From NCBI RefSeq assembly GCF_001194135.2, contig NC_068997.1, positions 32,993,169 to 33,040,074 of the forward strand: a stretch of DNA of 46,906 bases, read 5' to 3'. Under the pieces are notes generated by a model that worked only from the letters and a program-made list of their open reading frames with translations, did no database searches and was not told where the DNA came from. Below, piece by piece: positions 36,340 through 46,906 of the stretch. Made by a program: the position numbers and the translations under genes. Numbering within the stretch: the first letter of the stretch is position 1; each line of letters begins with the position of its first letter. This DNA comes from Octopus bimaculoides. Its lineage: Eukaryota.

Positions 36340-37995
36340 TTGGGGGTGGGCTATGTGATTTATGAACGCACCGAAAAGCTGTCAGTGGATATAATCTCCT
36401 GTGGTGGTCGGCGCTGCATCTAACATGACCCATCGTCTGAAGTTTTGACACCTCCTTCAGGTATGTTGTCCTACATCACTCATAAAGTAAATTTGGAGGA
36501 ACTTTGGTTGTTCATTTGTGGGCAATAGGGAACCAATGAGGTGACAGACTAAGCCTTGAACTTTGGACGTCGGCATAAATCCATGTTCAACTATCTCCTT
36601 AGATGCACCAAACGATGTCATTTGAAATGCAGAGTTGTATTGTGCAATATTGTTCAGAAAATCCTTTGACTAGATCGAAATGTCTTCCAGAAGATCCATA
36701 AGAGGTTGAGGAGGAGCTGATAGTTCTGACAAACTTATCTTTCCGCCTGACCAACACACGCCATTAGTTTCATTTGGAAAACTTAAAGCTTTGCAGAAAC
36801 GACGATTTGAGTTTAGCACGCCAGTTTGGACAGAGTTATCATTTTTATAAGAATAGGATGGATCATATCTGAAAATAGCTCCAGGAGTTGTGGAGAACGA
36901 ATATGTGCGTGTTCTGTTTCTGAGAGCTATTCTACTGGACCTCTGTCTAATCATTAAAATGTTATTTTAATGATTCACCATTAACGCTACAGCGTGCCTT
37001 TGCTGATCTTGGGAAAGTCTCATCTCCCTTTTGTCTTGGGACTCTCGCCTTCAGCTTTCTACAATCCTCTTTGCTTTATACTTGTTTCTGGAGAGATTAC
37101 GTCTTTTCCTTGGTGGCATATTTCTTTCAATATTATAAATAAAAAATTATGAACATAGAAAAAATTATACATTAATCTCTATTTTTGCAAGCAGTTATAC
37201 GTCTTTATTTTTGTATGCACTGTAAATTAACCAAATATAAGCAAATTAACCAAATAGAAGCAGATGTACGAACTGCTAATTTAACGGTAAATACCACAAT
37301 AATTATCATAGATAAATTTATTAATATATATATGTTAAGCACATGTATTAAATGTTAATTTAAGGATTACTATGTAACTCTAAATACATTGCAAGCTTGC
37401 AACTACTACGATAATGATTAATTGGTAATTGAACGGTAAATATGTATTTTTATATACCTTGGACCTGTCACCTCATTGTTTTTTGTCAAGAGTTTTATCG
37501 CCAGCCGTTCGTTATGTCATTCAACACACATGTACTGACACACCATTCCGCTGTTGTGTCTATAAAGACGGAAAGTTGCTGATGCGTAATGTTGTTCAGA
37601 TTAGGATATAATTTATTCATTTATTTCAAATATAATAGAAATAAGATGATCATAGTGTTATCACATTAGAATTAAAAGTGAAACAATATTATAGACCTAT
37701 CACATTAGAATTAAAAGTGAAAGAATAATAGTGAAACTATTATATCACATTACAATATAGATCTTATTTTTTCGTTTTTGACACGTAATACCGAACCAGT
37801 CTAAAATATTGCTCCGGACCCGCATGAGGCAAGAAGTTGAAACATTTTTGGCACATGACACTCCATGGACCCTAAATACTGCATGCGTAAAATTGAATGA
37901 AATCGGTTGGGTACTTCTCGAGTTTTAGGGATTCACACATACAGACAGACAGACACACACACACACACACACATTCTCAGTTTTATATATATAGA
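36340..37995 (-). mobile_element. 5' portion of an autonomous-type Helitron (5' end, leader, start of RepHel ORF)
   Basis: Minus-strand start A|TCTATATATATAAAACTGAGAATGTGTG..GTCTGTCTG..AACCGATTTCA. ORF from 36954 continues in decayed form: CWSGGKISLSEL..PPQPLMDLL, FLNNIAQYNSAFQMTSFGA..MPTSKVQG..HLIGSLLP. The YNSAFQMTSFGA motif is typical of Helitron RepHel N-termini. Confidence 0.85.
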
Positions 37996-38789
37996 TACCA
38001 CTTCAGCAATGTAACAACAAATCTACTGTTGGCGATCTCTTTTCCTTCTTTGGACTTTTGCCTTTCTCCTTTCCGGCGAAGAACTATACTCGAAACGTCA
38101 AAGTCTCTCTTTCTACTGAGCGCTTTGTCTTCAACATAGAAGTCTCTTTAAGGAGTTTCTGTGCGGCAAAATATTACAGCCAGTGCAGTTACTTATTTTT
38201 AAACCTGGTACTTATTCTATCGGTCTAATATATTGCTTATGCACGTCCGCTAATTGTCTGTTAGTTTTATTATTCGTCTATTTGAATTGACTATATATAT
38301 ATATTTATATATATGTGTGTGTATATATATGTGTGTATGTATATATATATATATATATATGTATATGTGTATATATGTATATAACACGTCGTTAAAATCC
38401 AATATATTATACTAATTCAATAAATATTGAATGAATAAACATGCATGTATGTACACAATCAGATGAAACAATAGTTGAGAGCAACGTATGTATAGAATAA
38501 TAAACATCAGAGAAGCGTAAAGTTTGCATAAGGTTCATAAATTATTTGTTTCCGACAGTTGTTTCAATGGAATAAAACATGCTTATTTATATGATTGCGC
38601 AATTATATGTATATTATCAATATATTAAAACATGATGCGTTACCCCTTTCCTCTGGATAAAAATATTCATGTCCCCACAAGCATTTTCAGCATAGCTCAG
38701 AATGTCCGGGATATTAGTCACATCGAAATACTGTGTCTGACAATCTACCGACAGTCTGAGCGAAACGTTTTGTCTTTAAGATAGAAGTA

Positions 38790-39008
38790 TCTTTAAGGAG
38801 TTTCAGTACGGTAAAATATTACAGCTAGTGCAGTTACTTATTTTTAAGTCTGGTACTTATTCTATCGGTCTTTTATTGCAGAAGCGCTTAGTTATGGGCA
38901 CGTAAATAAGCTGACGCCGGTTGTCAAACGGTGATGGACAAACACACACACACATATATATAGATGTGTGTGTGTGTGTGTGNNNNNNNNNNACACACAT
39001 ATATATAG

Positions 39009-39057
<49 letters not shown>

Positions 39058-39207
39058 CACGACGGGCTTCCTTCAGTTTCCGTCTATAAAGTACACTCAC
39101 AAGGCTTTGGTCGTATCGAGGTTTTGTAGAAGACTCTCGCCGAAGGTTTGAACCTCAAAGCTTGTGATTGGGGAGCAAGCTTCCTACCACACAGCCACGC
39201 CTGCGCC
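38790..39207 (-). mobile_element. Composite SINE: head, (CA)n, variant tail
   Basis: Head 39060-39207, microsatellite 38940-39056, tail GGTACTTATTCTATCGG..GGTTGTCAAACGGTG..GGACAAAC. Confidence 0.75.
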
Positions 39208-40139
39208 TATAATTTTGTTGAATTTCCTTTCAGCTTTCTTTATAATTTTTGTTAATAGTCTTAAACAATATTATTATAAAACACTGATGAAGGTGTCGAA
39301 CATGATGGCATTTTGCAAGAAATCCATGTTTTCTTTTCTTGATCTCTGTGAATATAGAGGAACAAACAATCTAGATTTTCTTTAAAGATCTTAAGAATAA
39401 GTTATATGATCTGCATGACTACGAAACAGTTAAGTTAATTGAAAACCCGAAAATATTTTGGAAGATTCATAAGGTAAACCAGAATGTAAACTAGACGCAA
39501 CGAATTTATAGTATATATTGTTGAAGCAGGAAAATATTAATTTAACATTTCAACAGAACAAGTAAAAATCATCAAGCTCCCTGTTTTGATGTAAACAATA
39601 AAATAGAAACAAAAGTTTCGTTTGAAAATGTGACTTAAAGTTATTCGGAAAACTTCAAACGCAAGATTTTAAGGAAATTTTTATATGGAATATAGAGTAT
39701 GTATGTCTCTTCTATTTGTAATTATTATAAATCTTCCACAGAGGAGGGAGCCGGGTTCCAACAAAGATACAAGGCTCCATCTTTGGGATGTAGTTAACAC
39801 AGACAAATTTTGTATGTATGTATGTATGTATGTATGTATGTATGTGTGTATGCTTGCATGTATGTATGCATGTATGTATGCATGTATGTATGCATGTATG
39901 TATGTATGTATGTATGTCATTATTCTGTTTTATATCAAAATTCTTGCCAATAGAGAAAGAGCCGGTTTCTAACCTAGACCCATGGCTCCTTCATTGAAAT
40001 TTCAACATCAACAGGGTAATTGTGCATGTATGTATATATGCAGTATTTGGAATCAGTACATGTGCAGATTTGTCTGTTTTGTCTTATGTATGTATTCTCA
40101 TGCATATAGTTGCATGTCTAGACATGCTCGTATATACTT

Positions 40140-40335
40140 AAATGATAAACTTCTGGAAAGTTTTACAAATTTTAACAGTTCCAGTGATGGGTTCGATCTG
40201 TAGTCTTGGAATCAGTTTTCTCCTTTCTGGTTTTGAGAAGCCTAATTTCTCAAGATTGGCACTTAGCCGGAGTGTTACATATTCTAGTGCCCCAATAATT
40301 ACAGGCATAAACCTGAACTTGTAATCTGGGAAGAG
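40140..40335 (-). mobile_element. 3'-terminal fragment of another RLE-type (R4-like) LINE
   Basis: LFPDYKFRFMPVIIGALEYV..LEKLGFS..LIPRLQIEPITGTVKICKTF resembles the end of an RLE domain. Confidence 0.7.
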
Positions 40336-42584
40336 TATGTATGTATGTATGTATGTGTGAGTTAGTATGTGTGTGTATGCTTGTGTGTGCATGTGTGTGT
40401 ATACTTGTGTGTGTGTGTTCCATATAGAGTATTGCATCTTTGAGAACAGCTGATAAATTTAAGATAGTTCTAAATCAACTCTATGATTGTTTAGTAATCG
40501 ATTTATATAAGGGGATTGACACATATGAGTAGGATGTAAAAGGTTCCAGTTCCTTGCAGGTGAGGAAAATATTAAACTTATATTAATCGTATTACAAAGA
40601 TGGCCATCAATTTAGTAAACAAATGTTTTAATTCAGAAAATATTTGCAGCTTATGAAATCGCAGAATAGAATAAAACGCACCATCTGAAATGTAATGCAG
40701 AGAAAATCTTAAGTTTATTTATGAGTATCTTGCCTAATAATACAACAGCACTTGAGCTGTGCTTAATAATGCTTATCTCTTACTGTGAAGCAGAAAGAAA
40801 CTTTCTCAAAGCCATCCATTTAAAAGAAGAAATTTTGGTCTACTGTAACTGAAGAGCGCTTACATTCTTTAGCTATAGTCTTCGGAAAATGACATTGCAA
40901 GGAAATTTTCTTATGACAACTTGTATATGAATTTACGTTGCTAGAACCCCCTCCCCTAAAAAAAAATAGTATTGCTCAAAATGTGCTTCATGTAATATAT
41001 GTATTCCTACGTATTAAAAATAAAGATTTTATTAAATGTTGCTTTTGCAATTTCTTTTCTACAAGACATCATTCACACATACAAACACACACACACATAC
41101 ACATATATATATGTATTTGTACGTATGTATGTATATACATATAGATACACACGCACTTATATATACACACATTCATACCTACATACATAGTTATACATAC
41201 ACACACATATTTTTCTCCCTCTAACTCGAAAATTATAAGGTATCAGTAATTTTATTTACAACAGTTAGTTTAACATATGCCATAACCCAGCACGGCGAAC
41301 TAAAATCAAAACCTGAGAGTAGTGGTTAAATTCAGAAAGGTAAACTATAGTGATTAACCATAGGCCAATACCTTTACAGAAGATAACAGCGATTAACCGG
41401 ACTTCGCACGAGGTGGAAATAATCTCACTTCATGGCCACATTTCCGAGGGCTTCATCCAGCACCCTTCGAACCCTGAAGTCCTTCAGTAAGGCCTTTCGA
41501 ACCTTGTTGGATGTTGTTCTATTGTTCCTGGTTGCGAAGAGGCCTTAATTACAGTTCAAACTTCAAGGCTTTCAGACTGTTGATTCGTCACTGACCCTAG
41601 TGTCTTGAAAAGAACACATTAGGTAATTAGAGTCTAGGCTACACAGTACCTAAAAACAAGATGGAATGCTTTTGAAGAAAAGTATGATCAATTTGGATTG
41701 ACTTGGGATTTAACAAGAGTACTAATTAGCTTCGAATAGCCACAAAGCCTGGTATTTCAGATAAATGGTGCAGGATATTGTGGGGCACCCTCCAGCTGAA
41801 TATTGTGAAAGAAAAGTGAAGTTATTAAAGAGCAAGAGAAAGAGAAGTGGGGAAAAACGATGAATAAGAGACAGAGGAGAAAAAGTGTAGAGAGTGAAAA
41901 CAAAAATATCAGAAAAGATATAGGAGAGATATTAGAAAAACAACATAAAGTGATATCCTTAACATTGTTTCGTCAACGAAGACTGGGATTTTTTTTATTT
42001 AGTTGGCTCACAATATTGACAATGGCATCTATTAATTCACCCTAGGCTCATTCAAGCCTCTAGTGTTAAAAAAAAAAACGAACTTTTGTATTATCTTTTG
42101 TACTTTATATGCTGGATTGTAAAAATAGAATTTGCGAGAGAGATGTTTCAAAGAATAGTTTCAATGAACCAACAAGTATGGAGCAGAAAACAAAACAATA
42201 ACAAGATGAACCTCCTAGTTGTTTTCTAAATAGCTGTAGTGTTTGAGAGGAACTGTATTTATCCATTCTTCTTTCGGCAATATCTTCCATTAAATAACAC
42301 AATGAGGATACCATGAAGCGTTTAAAGAACTTCACCAGACAAAGGATTCCTAGTACAGTTTTATCTCACTTTCAAATATGTTGCAAACATTTCATCTCAA
42401 TTAAAGAACAATGTTATCTGTATGTGCGAGAGTGTGTGAGCTAGAGGGTGCGTATGCATGTGAGTGTATACATGTGATTGTTATTTTGCTTCATATTTGT
42501 TTTATATTGAATGAAGGAGTTGTGAAAGTAAATTATAAAAAGAAGTAAAGTAAGCTTCCTTGAGCATTATTGCATCGAGTCTTA

Positions 42585-42805
42585 GAACGCAAAGGGACGG
42601 TTACTCAGTTTCCATGACCGAAATTACAACAACACTCCGGGCGGGACGTCAGTCCATCGCATGGTATCTCATTTACAGCTGGGTGGACTGGAGCAACGTG
42701 AAATGAAGTGTTTTGCTCAAGAACAAATCACACCAATCAGTCCGGGAATAAAACCCATAATCTTGCGATAGTGAGTGCATCCCCCTAACAACTAAGCCAC
42801 GCTCC
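42585..42805 (-). mobile_element. CORE-type SINE
   Basis: Minus strand TTCTTGAGCAAAACACTTCATTTCACGTTGCTCCAGTCCACCCAGCTGTAAATG with a decayed tRNA head. Confidence 0.75.
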
Positions 42806-43750
42806 TTCACTTTGTAACAGTAGCACTATAAACTTCTCCCGCTGTTATCAGTTACTACTCTTCCTCCTCTCATCTTTGATTTCCCACATACTCACATCTC
42901 TTCCCACTATTCACAATGTCCTTTCTCTCCCTTCTTTTTTTTCCACGTTGCTCTTCAGTTTCTCATTTTTAGTATCTGTTGTATATAGACTCTATAATCA
43001 TTCCCTCCGAACAGAAACAAGTGTCCAAAATATTGAGTCTTCATACTTCACGGCAAATTAAGTCTTTGTAGCTTATTTTATCCACAAATTTATATGTACA
43101 TATGTGTATGCGTATGCGTGTGTGAATATACTTAATGTTATAAAATTCTATGCCACACGCGCACGCGCGCACGCACACACACACATACACACACACACAC
43201 GTATAGATATTAAATTCTGTTAAACATTCACTGCACTGTTGTCTCTCAAAGTTTCACGCACGTCCAGTACATACTGTACTGTTCAGACAAAATTTGGTAA
43301 ATAAATGGAACTCTGTCCCCATGAACTAGCAAGACAGATTCTCATTAGTGGTTTTATACAGTTATACATACACAAGAATTAACCCAATAGAGCATAACTT
43401 GGTATCTTGCAGTTAGTACTTTCGAGTTTCTAACCTATCTTCCGATGTGGACGATTTCAAGGGTGGCCTATGCTATAATGATGCACTAGCTAGAAATGGC
43501 TTCTCCGTGCGCTCGTATAAAATAGGGAGTCACAAACATACATTAGAAGTAAGAAGATGAAGGCAATCTGATTTAATCCACCATCCTCGATATATATTAA
43601 TATAATCATGACATATTCTTCGAAACTACTAGTAGTCGGTTATATGACTGTTGTACAAGAAAATCTGCCGAGGGGGTGTAGAGTAATCTCGTCGCTTATA
43701 TATATGCTAAACACGTTATATGCCTACATGTGTGTGTGCTTATAGAATTT

Positions 43751-43793
<43 letters not shown>

Positions 43794-43830
43794 TCGTGAC
43801 TATGTGTTACATCTGAACCTATTTATTCGT

Positions 43831-44033
43831 ATGGCAGAATCGTTAGTATGCCTGGCAAAATGCTTAGCGGTATTTCGCCTGCCGCTACATTCTGAGTTCA
43901 AATTCTGCCGCGGTTGACTTTGCTTTCATCCTTTCGGGGTCGATGAAATAAGTACCAGTTATGCACTGGAGTTGACAAAATCGACTAGCTCCCTTCCCCG
44001 CAAATTTTCAAGGCCTTGTGCCTAGAGTAGGAA
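43831..44033 (+). mobile_element. tRNA-derived SINE (same family as 13454)
   Basis: TGGCAGAATCGTTAG, GAGTTCAAATTC, TTTCATCCTTTCGGGGTCGAT and GCCTTGTGCCTAGAGTAG. Confidence 0.88.
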
Positions 44034-44589
44034 TATATATGTATATTCACGTGTATGTACTTCGTATTTAAAATGCAAACAATCTTTGATAAGAAAAAAC
44101 GTTTCATGTACTGAAAACTTCATATATGCAATTATATACACTTACATTTATAATTACACACATACATATTTCGCTCTCTTGCTTACACATATCCATACGC
44201 ACAAACAGATTGACACACAAAAACACGCATACGTACACATCAAACAACAATACATACATGATTGTAGTTTGTAACATTACAAAAACAGATAAAATCACAG
44301 ATTCACACACATACACATGATGAGCACTAACACGTACGCACACACGTACATACACTACATGCAAATATACACAAACACACAGAATAATGACTACAGTTCA
44401 CTGAATTGCGCAACGTTGTCTCAAATATTCTTACAAACAGGAAACAAATGCTGTATCCATTCAAGCATGATTTTCAATATATTCAGGTGGTACATATTGA
44501 CCTATAAAGGATTATGTGGAGTCAAAGGATTCAAGAAAAGAACAGTACATGGAGAAAGAGAGAAGAGAAGAAAAAAATAAAACAGAGAG

Positions 44590-44640
<51 letters not shown>

Positions 44641-45140
44641 AAGAGAGAATTCTACAATATAAGAATAAAAATTGTTCAATTCCGTTGTTATCTTTGCAAA
44701 GCCATAATCATGCGCGCGCGCAGTTAGAGTTTGAAAAAAATCTAACAATGTTAATAGTTGACATTTCCGGTCTCTATAAACATCACTCATGATGTTTATA
44801 AAGCTCATGACATTTGTAAGGACGTCATTTTGAATGATAACTCTTTCACAACTGGAAATATGTGATCTTTTGACAGTGTGGTCCTTTCTAAAAAAAAAAA
44901 AAATTTTTAAACTACTCTTACGCAGATTGTGAACAATTTTATAATCTTTTTCTTTTCGTTAAATAATTTTTATTTTGTATGCGTCAAAAATGAGGTTAGG
45001 CTAGCAGTATATTCTTTAAAATGCTTCATATTTGATAGGGTTTCTTGTAATACATACATACATACATACATACATACATACATACATACATACATACATA
45101 CATACATACATACATGTTCATGCATGTTCATACATACATA

Positions 45141-46433
45141 TCAGGTCATTAAGTATGAAATGTCTGATTTTGTACTGAAAGTTTATTCTACTTTATCTGA
45201 ACAAAACTCAAAGTAAGTACCTGAATTATCAACACAATTTTGCCATTTTATCGATAGCTTATTTATGCCGGCAGCGAAGAATTCTGGAGAGCAAAAGGTG
45301 ATGAAATCACGAAAGGCAGTTTTCGCACCTTCAGATTTGAAATTTTTTCTTTGTAAAAAGTTGTCTAATGCCTGGAAAACGTGATAGTCAGTTGATGCAA
45401 GTTCTGGAGAATATGGTGGATGACAGAGTACTTCCAAGTTCAGTTCCTATAACTTGAGTAGCGTTCTTTGTGCAACATGTGGTCGAGCATTATCTTGCAA
45501 GAGAATTGGCCTGTCTCTGTTGACCAATCTCAGTTGTTGAATTGCATGTTCACTCATAATTTCAACCAATTGGTTGATATATACATCCACTGTAATTGAT
45601 TTACCAGCTCTCATGAAACTGTAGTGGATGACACCAGCGCTGGACAGCCAAACAAATACCATTTTTTTTTGGTGAATATTCCTTTTTGGATTGTGTTTTG
45701 GCACTTCATCTCTATCCAACCACCGTGCAGAACGCTTGCTATTGTTGAAAAGAATCTATTTTTCATCACACGTAACAATACGACGCAAAAATGGTTCGCT
45801 TTTATGCCGTGACAGCAAGGAACTGCAAGTTTCAAGAAGACGTCATTTGATGCTCGTTTGATGCTCGTTCTGTGGCACTCGTGTCATTTAATGCTCGTTC
45901 TGTGGCACTCACTTGTCCAGCTTCTTTAACTTTCCGATTTGTTTCAGCTGGTTCAATACAGTTGGAACCGAACCATGAAACTTTGATGCTAATTCAAGCT
46001 TAGTTTGAAATGTATCCGTTTCCACTACAGTCTCCAGCTCATCGTTATCTTTCTTGGCCTCAGGTCTATCACGGGACTGATTTTCAAGAGTAAAGTCACC
46101 AGACCGGAACTTCTCAAATCTTCGACGTACAGTGCGCTCATTCGCCATATCTTCACCAAACACCTCATTGATGTTTCAAGCTGTCTGGAGTGCATGGGTT
46201 CAACGACGGAACTCATAAACAACATGAAGTTTTGATGTCTCCATGGGTTCACAAAAACTGATTTACAAGAGAAAACTCACAATATAATCCCACACCATGA
46301 ATTGCAGTTTGAAAAGTGATGATGTAACTCTTCTATGTTGTAAAACAAAGAATTGCCAGGATAAAACATTAGAGTTAACGACTGCCAAATTTGATGCATA
46401 AGAAAATCGTACATTTCATGCTTAATGACCCGA
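45141..46433 (-). mobile_element. Full-length (1293 bp) mariner element with dead D,D34D transposase
   Basis: TIRs TCAGGTCATTAAGTATGAAATGTCTGATTTT (45141-45171) and AAAATCGTACATTTCATGCTTAATGACCCGA (46403-46433), TA on both sides. ATG ~46244. Motifs RRFEKFRSGD, VTCDEK, LLQDNARPH and HPPYSPELASTDYHVF, with stops and frameshifts. Confidence 0.95.
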
Positions 46434-46864
46434 TACATACATACATACATACATACATACATACATACATACATACATACATACATACATACATACATGT
46501 ATGCATTCATGTGTGTATGTATGTATGTATGTATGTATTTTTGTATGTATGTTTGTATGTATGTTTGTATGTGTGTGTGTATGTGTGTGTGTATGTATGT
46601 ATGCGTGTATATTACCAGCAGTTCATATATCCGAAAAAGAAGCACACTCTAGAACAAAGCAGTAATGAGGTTATGCGCCTTCAGCCATTTGAGTCCGACG
46701 AGTTACTTATAACAGGTACGTGTTTTATAAGTGCGTTGACCTCCCCTCGCAAATACTAATCGGACACAGAATCTGTGTCGTTAACCAGCATAAAAAAGAG
46801 ATGTTTTCCTGGGTCTTTAAACGTCAGTAGCACTGTCCCGTATAAGGCGCCACACTTGGTTGGC

Positions 46865-46906
<42 letters not shown>

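Noticed and set aside
41400-41600. Possible LINE 3' peptide on the minus strand
   Set aside because: Similarity to RTE/Jockey C-termini is too weak to support by eye.

Overview
AT-rich eukaryotic (animal) DNA from a gapped scaffold. About a dozen N-runs mostly abut (TA)n or (CA)n tracts, so the ORFs spanning N-runs or microsatellites are artefacts. The mix of microsatellite-bearing tRNA-derived SINEs, RTE, R4/Dong, Penelope, Helitron and mariner elements suggests a cephalopod (octopus-like) genome; this is an inference. Everything I can recognise is transposon debris, with no intact transposase or RT ORF, no RNA gene and no identifiable host gene; there are only a few weak candidate exons. 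I found no evidence of a new multi-gene system. The unusual signals are structural: (1) a near full-length R4/Dong retrotransposon split between neighbouring codons, with its 5' 3.5 kb inverted and the break ends capped by TAA/TTA microsatellite; (2) an 811-bp palindrome inside a rearranged SINE that also carries a locally duplicated ~130-bp insert; (3) a mariner derivative made of two inward-facing 5' ends; (4) a head-to-tail Helitron array at 3.9-9.9 kb. All alignments and identities were judged by eye and boundaries are approximate unless a junction is quoted.
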